A stretch of DNA of 64,000 nucleotides. Source: Raillietiella orientalis (Eukaryota). The number at the start of each line of letters is the position of its first letter. Positions within the stretch are counted from its first letter, which is position 1. The translations under genes and the position numbers were made by a program. Under the pieces are notes generated by a model. It did no database searches, was not told the DNA's origin, and was given only the letters and a program-made list of their open reading frames with translations. The DNA is taken from contig JAYWIR010000018.1 in assembly GCA_036172245.1 (NCBI GenBank), positions 558,001 through 622,000 on the forward strand. Direction: 5' to 3'. Shown here one piece after another: positions 39,950 through 51,569 of the stretch.

Positions 39950-42900
39950 CGCTGGGGATGAGGCCATCTTATCGTCATCCTGAAGAAGGGGATCGCGAAC
40001 GGCATGGAGTCCTCGGTCGTCTGGACTCTCTCGCTATGGCTCCACGGAAGCAGCACAAAGCTGCGATGTTTACTGCAGGCGACCTTGTATCACCCGTAAA
40101 GTGGTGTCTCAGCACTTTGTAGTCGTCCCTCGGGAATTGGAGGGACGTTGAGAAACGTTCCCACACATACCTCAAGGCAACTCTCTCAAGCAACAGATGT
40201 GGTAGGATTTCCCTTTAGCCACACCTTGTACACCGCTGGGCCGGGGCTGCACTTCCCCCGGTCCGGCAGTAGAGGCGTGCGTTGCATGGGACGGCTCAAC
40301 GCAGCAGTCACAACGCCGAGTCCTGCCACTTCAGGGGAAGCACGGAGCTGTCCAGGAAAACCGCAAGGATCTCCATTCCATCTAGAAGGAATTACAGGAG
40401 ATCCTTCTAGCGGAGAATTCCTTTGGCACAGCGAAGGTGGAAGCGTCAGCCAGCTGACGCACCATCCAACAACCCAACAGCTCTTTTCGTCCTGATATCT
40501 CGCAGGACAGCTGCCAACTTGCTAGATAGTCGCTGCTACTATTGTCCCGTAGCGACATCAGTGCCGTGGCAAGTGGTGGGGTTTATGCACACTTGGTCTT
40601 CCTGAGGCATGATCTCCTTGAACGAGCAGCGAGCATGAATGAAGCACCGCAGACACTGCGTTTCCTCCGAGGTCGTGCCATTTATCTTCGCAAACGTCTG
40701 CACTGTTTCCTGTTTCCTGGCACCACAGCTTCGTGGGCTAGCTGGGGATCCACGCTTGGTCCTGCACCGAGGCAACCGTCTGCCGAGACTGACGACCCTC
40801 GTCGGAGTAGTTCTTCGGTGGACGTATACGGGATAAGATGTTAACCTCTTGGAACCGGCTGCTAGCTTGGCCAGGATCGTGCAGGAGCGCACCGGTGTGT
40901 CCACCAATTCTTGACCTCCAGGATCAGTTTCGGAATCGGAGCTGACTCTACATCCAGCGTCAGACGCCAAGTCAATCTTCCCGACGTGGAACACATGCCT
41001 TTTAAGATTGCTCGGGACCACCATGTGCTCTTCTCAGGAGGTTCTCGGTTCGCTTTTTGATCGTAGGACGGAGCAAACAAGAAGCAGAGAATGGAGAAAG
41101 GGGTTTGAGAGCGTGTTCCACACGCCGGCCTGTTCGGGCAGGACAAAACCTGCCATCCGGGAACGGGACGAGCGCCGACTTTTGGAGGCATACGGAGGAC
41201 GCTTCCGCAAGGGAGAACTCCAGTACGCCAAGGTACTTGATGCATCTGTCCCTGGAGATCTTCAGACGGGCCCAGTCTGACTGTTCAGCCCAATCCGCAC
41301 CAACTACAAGTATGCAAGACTTCGCCCGGTTCGCGACCACGCCAGCTTCGCGGCGGATCAACTCGAAGTCCTCGAGCGCCGGGGACAGGGTTGACACGGG
41401 TAACAGCAACAAAAGATCGTCTTCACAGGCAGACTCGTTCCGGCACGAGCTCTGCAGGGTATACAGAGTCTCCCTGTGCGTCCTCACCACTAACTCGAAG
41501 TAGGTGCTGAAGGGGTGGGGACCCAGGCTGTCACCAGGTCATGCGCCCTGCCTCATACACGTGCTAAGCACTAAAAAGAAAAAAAGAAAACAAAATGCTC
41601 ACGAGCGCATGGCTCCAGCCAGAGCGCGGGGATAGTTCCGGAGGAAGGTCGTGAGCCCCATGTGTTCCAACAGCTCCAGAAGGAGCCGCTGACACCGCAA
41701 GGACCCCCGACGTTTCCGCATCCAAACAGTCTCCCATTTCCTGAACAGCTTGGAATCCAGAATTTCCGTGGCTGGCTTGAGCAATCCCTTGTTGCATCTG
41801 GATCCAGGCAAAGGTTAGCTTCTACATTACTTCCGGGAATAGCGTAAACGTCTGTTCTGGAGTGGTTAACGTTTCGGCTATGTCCCTCCCTCCCTCCCCC
41901 AGGCATTCAGTCCAGAGCTTCTCCAGCAAGTTGGCGCTTGCGTTCATCACGGTAATCGGACGCCAGCTCTTACGCTCCTTGGCTGCTGCGACCGGGAGCC
42001 GCCGGGAAGTCCGGTCTTGTGGCTCTGTTCCACTGCCGCCTCCTGATCTTCTGGACGAGCCGATCCTCTGGCGAGTTAGCAGGAGCGTGAGAGCCGCTTG
42101 TCAAGCAAGGGACGCCCGTGCCCGCGACCCAGGCAGACGACAAGCGGACGCGGATCCATAGGTGCGATGAAGGGGGAGGAGGGTGTCCGTCCCCCGGGAA
42201 TGCGAATCCGGCATCCAAAGAACTCCCGTCACCGGAGAAGAAGACACAGAAACCCAGGAGTAGATCGGTTTGAGCGAACCCCACGGCAGGGCCGATCCAT
42301 CCAAACAGCTCTGTGTCGGCGACCGCCCTCAGAGATCCCCGAGGGTAGTCGCCTAGGTGAAATCCTAGCAGGCCAGGCAGCCCATTGTATTCCTTGAGAA
42401 GATGGGAATCAGGAAGAGATTTCCGTGATACTCTCCTATCCGGGAGGCAGGAGAACCTAGAGAAGCGCGAGATTTCTAGAGCGCGCCGCAGGCACCGACC
42501 TCCTCGAATTTTTCACTCCAGCAGAACGAAGAGAGGTGTTGCATGAAATTCTGAAGCCGAATCTGCAAAGAGAAAGACGCTCCCGGCATCCTTCCGGAAA
42601 AGAGGGAGATGGAGCGAGGGCAAGGGATGTAGGGACTGCGTACCGCTACCCGTTTCGTCCACAAGGGAGCTCGCGAAAGTAGGGAAACCGTCGAAGAAAG
42701 CAGCCAAGCTGGCGATCTTCGAGCACAAAGCAGGTGCACTACGAGGTCACCGCAGGGCGAGCCAAGGAAGGACGCGCGTTTCGAATTCTTGAGCAAAACA
42801 TGGCGGTGCACGTTGAGATGGGCTCATAGCACGACCACCCCGGTCGATGGAGATAACGAACCACGAGATGTCCTGAAAATCGAACCATTTGAAGAAGCGC

Positions 42901-42960
42901 TCCGGGGAGAAGCGGTGCGGTCCACAAGCGCTCAAGGAACTCAAGGTCCCAAGCACAGGA
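39950..42960 (-). mobile_element. Decayed near-full-length ORF2 of an L1/Tx1-like non-LTR retrotransposon (weak endonuclease, RT, CCHC finger)
   Basis: Frameshifted motifs in the expected order: KSWRPITVMN (~41960), MRQG..DSLGPHPF (~41530), ACEDDLLLLL (degenerate YADD, ~41420), GVVANRAKS, IKYLGV (~41230), CTRCG*REILPHLLLERVALR (~40200). Many stops and frameshifts. Confidence 0.8.
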
Positions 42961-42962
42961 AG

Positions 42963-43113
42963 GCCACGGAAAGCATTTCTGGACGCGACGTTTTGCTCCG
43001 GTCCGCGCTGCAGCGGAGCATTCTATTGGCACTTTTGAGTCTGTGGCTCAGATGAACCCACTGCTCTGCGAGGATGTGAATGCGGGCAAAGACGGTTCCT
43101 CCTCTTCCATCGA
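42963..43113 (+). repeat. ~150-bp repeat, inverted relative to 45712-45872
   Basis: The core GGCACTTTTGAGTCTGTGGCTCAGATGAACCCACTGCTCTGCGAGGA is present in reverse complement at ~45750-45797. Confidence 0.9.
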
Positions 43114-43929
43114 CAGCAACTAAATAAACAAGGGTCTTATATTTAGTTGCTGTCTCCTCCCTCCCGTTCTGAACTTTTCCCGGTGTTCAGGAAGGAACAG
43201 GAAGGGCTAAAGACTGGGCCCCTGCCCTCCACTCCATTCCTTTTCTTTGATTTCTGTTTATCATCCCTGCACATCCGTTCTGGGCTTCTGGAGTGACCAC
43301 CTGCGTGTCGGTGCTCCCTCCCTACGAATATCTTGCTACTCTGTTGAGGAACTTGGTGGTTCCCAACATGTTTATCTATCGAATAAACGCCCCGGCGTGA
43401 TGTGACTATGAATCTCTGCAGTATCCTCCACTGAGACCTCGTGAGTCTCTCAGGGGAACACCGGATCGATGAATCGGAGGGCAGTGGTTACTCCTCGCCT
43501 CTTGCTGTCATCTCGCAGCCCTCCGTCCTTCCGACAGACCACGCGTGCTCGACGGCAGGCGGCGAGTTCCTGCATTATTTCTGGGAAGAAAGCGCTTCGG
43601 TTCCCGATTGATAGTCAGGCGGGAGACTCATTGAGAAAGGGCAAGTGGAAGGATAGGCACTTCCTTCTTTTCCTTCTCTCACCCTGATTCCTCTTCCGGA
43701 GTGCTGGACCTTCTCAGTCGATGGTCCCTGCATCCTTTCGCCTTACACGAGGGAACATCCCTTTGTTGGGGAGATGCATTCCTCCTCTCTGCTTTCGGTG
43801 AGCCCGTCCGGGATCAGGCACGAGCGTGAACAGGACGAAGTCGAAGATAGTTCCTGTGGGTGCAGAGTGTACAGGACGTCCGGAATGGATCCAATCGAGG
43901 ATCCCCGTGGGCAGCACGGTCAAAGACTT

Positions 43930-44600
43930 TGGTTTATCACCAAGTTACGCCGGGGTGTTTCTTAGAATTTAAAGGAAACTCACAAATTGTGGTGGTAGCA
44001 CACGTGATGGTACTACCACACTTCTCTCGTCCGTGGACCTGCCGGGTCACCGGCGGGGCTCCCTCCTCGACAGCGGAGGGGGAAAACAAAAAGAAAATAA
44101 AAATAGGCGGTAAATAAAGATAAATGAAATCTTTGAGAGGATCGGGAAGGGACCACTGTCCACTGGAGGGAGTATGCATCCTCTGCAGGATGCCGACTAG
44201 GTCCGTTCGAATAGGTCCCAGGTGGGGCCACCTGGCCGCCATCCGCGGGGAGCGAACTGAGGACTGGACGGCTCTCCTCCCGTCTCTCCCTCTGTCGGCT
44301 TCGCTCCAGGCCTCCTCAATCCCGCGAATGAAGCAAAGCGCTGTAGGGCTGCAGAGCATCCCGCACAAAGAGACGGGGTAAAACGTCCCTGGGGGTGCCA
44401 ACTGGGATCCGGAGGGTCGTTCCGAAACGTTTCCCATAGGGTCCGGAGGGCAACACAGTCTACGAGCAGGTGCGACAGGGGGAATTCCCATTTCCCACAC
44501 CTGCGACAATCCCAGCATCCAGTGGTGTCGGCGCGCGTTGCCGGGAAGACTCCAGCGCAGCGGCAAGAGGGCCGACTCCTTCCGCTTCAGGGGGAGGGCG
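43930..44600 (-). mobile_element. LINE 3'-end fragment
   Basis: CRRCGK..SHLLVDCVALR, DLVGILQRM, and a UTR homologous to the 31.8 kb and 39.7 kb copies. Confidence 0.75.
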
Positions 44601-44654
44601 CTGCTGTTGAGCACTGAAGACCACTCCAGGTCTCCGCTAGAAATACGGGAAAAG

Positions 44655-45315
44655 GGAGTTCGTTCCTCTCACGCCTGGGAGGGATCCCTGAAGGAAGCCT
44701 TCTCCTTAGTTGTCTCCGAAGGGAACCTCCTTTCTCGTTCCCTCCGGAAGAAGTGACCGGTTTATGGGCTACTCCTGATTTCTTCTCCGAAGGGGACCCG
44801 GAAAGGATCAATTCCTGGAATTTTTTCTGCGGAGGGATCCGCTCCCTGTTTCCTTCTCTGAAGAGAACCCCGGAGGGAAGCTCCCCACATTTCTCTGAAG
44901 GGCGCCCCCTGAAGGGAGCGGCATGCTTCTTGCAGACTGGAGAGGCATCATCAGTCCACCAGCTCCATGGTACGAGACGGAGGGTCTCTCTTAGGGAAGA
45001 GGGGGAGAGGGGAAAGGACGGTTCCTTCGCACAAGCGGAGGGAAACTCCGAAGGAAACCGGACTCCTGTATTCGGTTTCCTGGAAGGCCCCCGGAGGTTC
45101 GACTCCCATTGTCCCGGCCACTCATCAGGGGCATTTGGTTTAAACCGCTACTGGTGCCGCACCCGAATGCAGGCCAACCAGCGTCATCTCGCGGGAGGAA
45201 CTCGAACCCACAACGCACCCTTCCATCTCTCGGCGTGGATTCTTTCTGAGTATTCGAACCTGAGACACTTGGTGGTGCAACGTGCGGAGACCGTGACCAC
45301 GTGGCCTACGACGCG
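44655..45315 (-). mobile_element. tRNA-headed SINE-like repeat, copy 3 (3'-truncated)
   Basis: Collinear with 51686-52345 (e.g. GGAAAGGATC..TCCTGGAATTT, ACCAGCGTCATCT, GGAACTCGAACCCAC). Confidence 0.6.
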
Positions 45316-45711
45316 ATCTCGAGAACTCCATCCAAGGAGGAAGACCCCTTCTGCTCCTGAAGAGATATTTTCATTGGCAGCCAGCCATTCTCGAAATCAC
45401 GCGAGAGATGCGTTTCGCATGTAAGCTGTATCTGCTCTCTCTCCAGCTGGGATGGGTCTCCATCCGGCTACCTCAGCAGCTGGAGGTGGAAACTTTGGAA
45501 TTGATTTGGTTCTGTGGTGGTTCCTGTCTCCCTCTCTCCCCCTTCCCGGTATCTCCCTCCTCTTCACGCAACTTTAAAGCTAGGAATGTACAGTTCTGGT
45601 CCTGGACCTCCGTATTTCTATCCCGCGTTCGCAACGCCCTCATGTCCCGGGGAAGAGTCCCCTGTCTTGTTCAGGATCTCTGCCAATTCTTCAGCCTCAA
45701 CTAGCGCGAGA

Positions 45712-45872
45712 TCGATGGAAGAGGCGGAACCGTATTTGCCCGCATTCACGTCCTCGCAGAGCAGTGGGTTCATCTGAGCCACAGACTCAAAAGTGCCAGT
45801 AGAGTGCTCTACTGCAGCGCGGACCGGAGTAAAACGTCGCGTCTTCGTGCGTCCAGAAATGGTTCCCGTGGC
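45712..45872 (-). repeat. ~150-bp repeat, inverted partner of 42963-43113
   Basis: Reverse-complement match with one ~10-nt indel. Confidence 0.9.
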
Positions 45873-47229
45873 TCCTTCGCAGCCCTGTCCGCAATTAAAC
45901 AACATGCTGAACAAAGAAGACAATATAAACAATTGAATCCCGGGAAGAACTTCCAATCAAGTGATCGGCAGGCGAAGGTCAAAGGAAAGAATGGACGCCA
46001 AGCGAAAAAGACCCATACTCCAGAGCAGCACTTTCGAGGAGGAATACCGGTCTGGCCGGGGCAGTAGCCACATCGTTCTCTTTCTTCCTCTCTCTGCAGA
46101 AAACACACCGCCGGAGGCGACCTGTGGCATTCCCGTCCTTCTCAACGGGCTGTCCACCGAGATCCCCGGGGGTGGACGCACCGAGGGGCGGGATCGCCCC
46201 GGGCTGCAGCTGGGAGCTCCCTTCTCCGGTGCATGCGGAGCCAGGGAAGCACCCTCCAAGAAGTGTGGAAGGAAAGGGGGTGGGATAGGGGAAAAGTTCC
46301 TATCTCCCCCTGCCCTCCTCTTCTAATCCTCCTCCTTTTCCCCGAAAAAATTTTCCCCGGCCTGTCCTCTCCATTGATGCGGTGTCGATCCAAATCCCAA
46401 AAGATCCTGATGAGTAAACATACAGGCTTATTCTACACGGATCAGTATACAAAGGTTTATTTTAACATACATAGTTTAATTCATATTTATCAACAGTAAT
46501 ATCATTGGGACAGGTACATTTATCAAGATTCAATGACATACATTCCATTTATATGATTGATAATTTCTTGATTATGTTGTTGATATACATATATGTACAT
46601 TAAAGATTATAAAATACAAGTATACATTCTTATTATATTTCTTCATATAAACATAAATATATGAATTAATGTGTATCATGAAGATTATAAAAAAATAAGT
46701 TGCATTTATTCCGACCTCTGGACTCTGGAAGCCAGGAACGGCTCCGTTCCGGTGGTTGGATGCAGGCAAGGGACCCTTGAGGGTCACCAGCCTTGGGACC
46801 GGTCGCTTCGGCGGAGAGTCGTTGACGGAGCTGAGGATTCCGGTTTCCACGACTGTCGCCGTCCTGCTGCCCACAGGAACCAGTGCCCCTGCGCGAGATT
46901 TGATGAGCATCGCACCAGGCCCACCGCACCCCAACGTGTATCGCGTCCGCGGAAGACATCGGTTCCGCCTACCTCCCCTGGTGGTGCTCGCGGATCCGAC
47001 AGCCCGCGCTTCAGTGTTCGAGCAACTTACCCCCCTCCCTCCACACACACTTAAAACTCGGGAATAGGTGGAGGTCATTCCAACCCCGAGACCTCTGATC
47101 ATTCACTTCACCGGAAGGGATGAGCTCTCCATCCGCTTCCTCGAGAGGCAGCCATCCGGAGGGAAACTTCGAAGGGAACCAGCAGATGTCGAACCGAATC
47201 TGCAGAAGAATCGTTACTACCCGCGTTGG

Positions 47230-48010
47230 AGTTTTTGCGGCTGCGGTGTCGCCTCGCGTGGCACCGAGCGTTGAGGGTTCGAATCCCTCCCGGAGAAGGA
47301 AGCATCGACGTCAGGAACGGAGGGTGCGTCGTGGGTTTCGAGTTCCTCCCCCTTCCCAGCAGGATGACGCTGGTGGGCCTGTGGGCTCCGGGTGCGGCAC
47401 TGGTCGAAGCCAGAAACCCCCGGATGCCCTCGTTGAGTGACCAGGACTGGCAGTGGACACTCCGGGGTCCTTCCAGGAACCCAAGAGTCGGTTCCCTCTG
47501 AGGTTCTCTTCCGGTTGTGAAAACGGGGCCTCCATCGAGTACCATGGAGCTAGTGGATTGATGATGCCTCTCCAGAGAGCCAAGAAGTGCTCTGCTCCCT
47601 TCGGGAAGCGACCCCTCCAGAGGAAATTGGAAAGCGTCCCTTCGGGGCTCTCTTCAGAGGAGGAAACCAGGAGAGACTGGGTGGGTTTCCCTTGCTTGTG
47701 GGTTCCCTCCGGAAAAGAAGTTCCAGGAGCGGGGGATCCTTTCCTGGTTCCCTTCGGAGAAGAAAACGATAAGCGATCCCCTCCGTCGGGTTTCTCCGGA
47801 GAGAATGAGAAAACAGTTCCCTTCGAGGTTCCCTATCAAGGGAAAGGAACGGAGTCCTTTCTCCGATACCGTTCCTGGATTCATAGGGTGGTCCCCTCCC
47901 GGGGCACCCCCTATCCGGAAGAGTTGACAGGCACCCTTGGGTGGCGTGGGACAGCGTCAAGGAGATCAGCGGGCGGCGTTCTTCAGCACTTGGCGGGACA
48001 AAGAAAAAAA
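47230..48010 (+). mobile_element. tRNA-headed SINE-like repeat, copy 2
   Basis: Perfect B box GGTTCGAATCCC at 47276-47287; body homologous to the reverse complement of 51570-52330; ends in AAAGAAAAAAA. Confidence 0.6.
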
Positions 48011-48025
48011 TAACCATCTGACAAT

Positions 48026-48085
48026 AATCCTTCGTGCCTCCCCGTCACTCCTTAGGGAAGGAGTGACGGGGAGGCACGAAGGATT
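48026..48085. repeat. Perfect hairpin, 28-bp arms, 4-nt loop
   Basis: AATCCTTCGTGCCTCCCCGTCACTCCTT-AGGG-AAGGAGTGACGGGGAGGCACGAAGGATT. Confidence 0.97.
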
Positions 48086-49104
48086 CCCGGCGCGGCTGCA
48101 GTAACCATTAGCACTCAGAGCAGCCTCAGATGGCAATTTAGGGAGGTAGGAAAATTGCGGTAGGGGAATGGCAAGGGTTCGCCGTCGCCGGCGTTCTCTC
48201 CGACTCGACGTTGGCCGTCGTGGTCGCCGAGACCGCACTTCGGAGGTGTGGCCAAAGGAGCGGAACGTGACTGCCGGTTCCCTGGCGGTTGTTCGAGCGG
48301 GTCATCAGCTCCCCCCTCTGGTAGCTGAAGCGTGGGTGGTGAAGGAAGCCAAAAATCACTCGGAAATAACTGCATCATTCCTGAGCCGTTATCGAGAACA
48401 ACACGCAAGGGACCGGGGAAAACTATAGTCCAATGGCGGCGGCAGTTCGCCGGTAGATTCCGTGCTGCAGCACGCGCGCCACTGGAGTCGAACTGTTGGG
48501 TCGAACGTGGCCCAAGTCTGTGCACAGCTCTGGCAGGTGCCCCGCGATGCGCGGTTCTTTCGGAACTGCGAGAGACCTGAGTTGAGAACCATGCTGCCCC
48601 AGTCCTTGAGAAGAAAGAGTACGGGTCAACCTAGCAAGCTGCTCCTTCAGCGCCATTTCGCAGTGGGAGGCGAGGGAGCCTCCAGCGCCGACCGCTGCTC
48701 GCCCGGCTTCAGGGCAGGAAACAACAACAGCAGGCTAAACGAAAGAAAAAACCGCAGGCGACGATGGCTGATGACGGGCTATTGAAAGACGTCCTCAAAC
48801 TTCAGCTGACAGTCAAGGAATATGGAGACACTTCCTTTAGGCTTTGAGGCCGACTTTTCTGCCGCCTTTCCGAGCTGCCCTCGCTGAAACTCGCCTTATG
48901 TCTTTCGCTTCGAATTGAACCTCCCACCCCCCCTTTTTTTTTCATTTTGTTGTTAACAGCAGAAAAGTTGACGAACCGAAAAGCGAGTAACTAGGGTTGA
49001 GGAATCTCTTCCTACTACTGTCTTCACAAAGTGCTCCAAGAAACAAGACCTCACACTCCATTGGAGCCCTCTGGCATCTACTCCCACCCTTGGCAAACGA
49101 TAGG

Positions 49105-49190
49105 AAACCCGCAGGCACAGCGTTTTGCATTGAGACGTCCGACGCGGGCTATCTCCTATGATGAGAACAACTCAAACAGAGTTGATGGAA
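49105..49190 (-). repeat. Fragment matching the 5' leader of the SINE-like repeat
   Basis: CCCGCAGGCACAG.GTTTTGC.TTGAG...AACAGAGTTGATGGA is shared with 52365-52450. Confidence 0.6.
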
Positions 49191-51569
49191 TGCTTTGCCA
49201 AGGTCTTGACGAGGTCATTGATATACAGCATAGAAGAAGTAACACGATTGCGAAAGGAGTCCGTAGCGATGTGGGGCTCTAACAAGCTTCCGGGGCAAGG
49301 TTTGCAGACACGCGTAGGTTTCTCCTAAAACCCTCGCCGCGTGATCATCTGCACCTTATCGGTTGTTCTTCCCAACACTCGAAGCGCACGTGTTCCTGTG
49401 TTGGTTTCTAAAGACGGCCAGCGCGCAAGAGGATGCTCTGGCGCAGCCTGCATAGCCGGCACGGAAAAATCGACCAAGTTCAGCACCCAAAAAGCAGCTT
49501 CCCAGATCTTTTTCAACCAGAAGCCAGCTGAAGAAAACACGTACCGACCCGATGGGATCCATCATGCAAAGAGTGGAACTCACTGAAGGAAACATGGAAA
49601 AGTGCGGTTGAGCGATAGCAGCCTAATAGTATCGCAGAAACGTAAACAGATGAAAGACCGGAGAGCTGGAAAACACACACACATATGCACACATTGCGTG
49701 CCAATAACGCTGAAAAAAAAAAGCACTCCAGAGCAAGCGTGCCACAAAACGCATGAAAGCAGTCATCAAGGTTTCTAACTTGTTCTTTTTTTTTTTTTTT
49801 CCTTAGGATCATGTGAGGTTTTTGGGCTAGTCCAGAGATGAAACTGTTCCAACACATTCCATCATAAAATGGACGTTAATCCATAATTTAAATTCGGAGC
49901 TTTCTCCGTGGGTATCAATTTAGAATACCCCGACGTCCGCAACAGTAATTACGAGCATTTCGACACCTGATCGAGAAGAATTTTGCGTGCTCGGGTTTCC
50001 AGCATGTCGCGGAAACAAACTCCAAGGAGGAATAGACGGTGTGCAAATAGCAAAATCAAATTTCTCGGCGTTTCCTTTCTTCAGCGCTTCCTGGCCACAC
50101 CTGGAGCTTTGATGGGAAACCACGGTGATTGAAATAGGAACGAGAGCAAGGGTTCCCAGCTCGTAGGTGGAGCGCGTTCGGGTGGTCGGAACACGCCGAC
50201 ATCGGTTTCCCGATTAGAGCCTTTGATGGCACCCTGGAAGATCACCAGCGATCACCAGCTGACGCCTCGCGGAGAAAATGAGCTCTCAGACCTCTGATCT
50301 CTGTTTGATGTAAGCAACGGGAGTCGTTTTCTAGCGGTCGGTTTCTTGAACGCGGGAAAACACGAATTCCTATTCCGATCTGCGAGTTGACAAACTCTCG
50401 AATCTGCTCGGCGTCGAATCGAAAATCACATGGCCTTCTCGCATTTATTTTTAAATGACCACTTAATTGGTCAGCAAGCTGCACAGCACGCGAACGCCAA
50501 GCGCTGCACCCGACTGACCGTCTCTCTTGATGTTTCACATCGAACGGAAACGAAGACTTCGTTCTCCTCGATACAAAAACTGGTTCAGCAAAATCATCTT
50601 TGCAGTTTCGGACCAGAGCATCCATTGCTGCTGCACCCTCCTGGAATCGGTGTTTAGCGATGCATCTCATTTCAGTGGATAATTACCTAAAACTTCTTTC
50701 TCCGGGCCACTTATTCAGGCATTTGTGCACATGAGAATCGTTCACAAGCCGATCCAGAAAAGCACGATTTACTCCAACATCCCACATAATAACTCGCCAC
50801 AAGTCCGAAATTATGGACCATTTGTGGCAGAAACCAATTCTTTTATGGAAACCAAAGGTGACTGGTACATTGTGCAGCCTCTGCAGATCGTTACTGCTTC
50901 ATTATTCCTTAGGAATTCCGCGGTGGTTGCGAACCAAAATTCGGTGCTGAATAGTTTCATTCTTGTTTCCATGGAGACGTGATTTCAACATGAATCGGTC
51001 AATTTTTCTAAGGGAACTCATATCCTGGAAAACGGAATCTGCAGAAGAGATCTGCAGTTCCTTTCCTTCATCCCAGTCCATTGCTTGCAGTTAGGGCACG
51101 AACTTCTACCCGCTGATTTTCAAGCATCCTTCCATTTTCCGACGGTACTTTCTTGTACGATGAAAATCGTGTGTGTGCAAACTGGACATGATGATCGTTC
51201 CGTGCTCAGCAATCTTTCGAAAGCAGTGATCTGCGGCGCTGCAATCAAGTAGACAGTAATCGAAATGCTGTCAATAAACAGGAGCGAACACGTCCTAAGG
51301 TTGTTTCGCTTTCAGAGCACAGATGCCAAAAATTCAAAGACCACTGTCATAATAGTAATCATATTTATTACTATCACTATTGCCCATCCGCGTTGCCAGG
51401 CATTTGTTTGGTGCGTTTCGCTTGGTTTCGTTGTCACTGCTGTAGGGAAACAGAGCTGAGCGTTTACACTGTGAAAAAGACACGAAACACCAGCACACTG
51501 TCGATGTTGAGCACACAGGGAAGTCGCCCGCTTCGATCGTTACTATTTGGTCTAGGATGACGGGAATCC

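Noticed and set aside
47230..47300. Functional tRNA gene at the perfect B box
   Set aside because: No convincing acceptor stem or cloverleaf, and it is embedded in a longer repeat; treated as a SINE-like head.
48052..48057. TTAGGG telomeric unit at the hairpin loop
   Set aside because: A single hexamer; I saw no telomeric arrays in the window.
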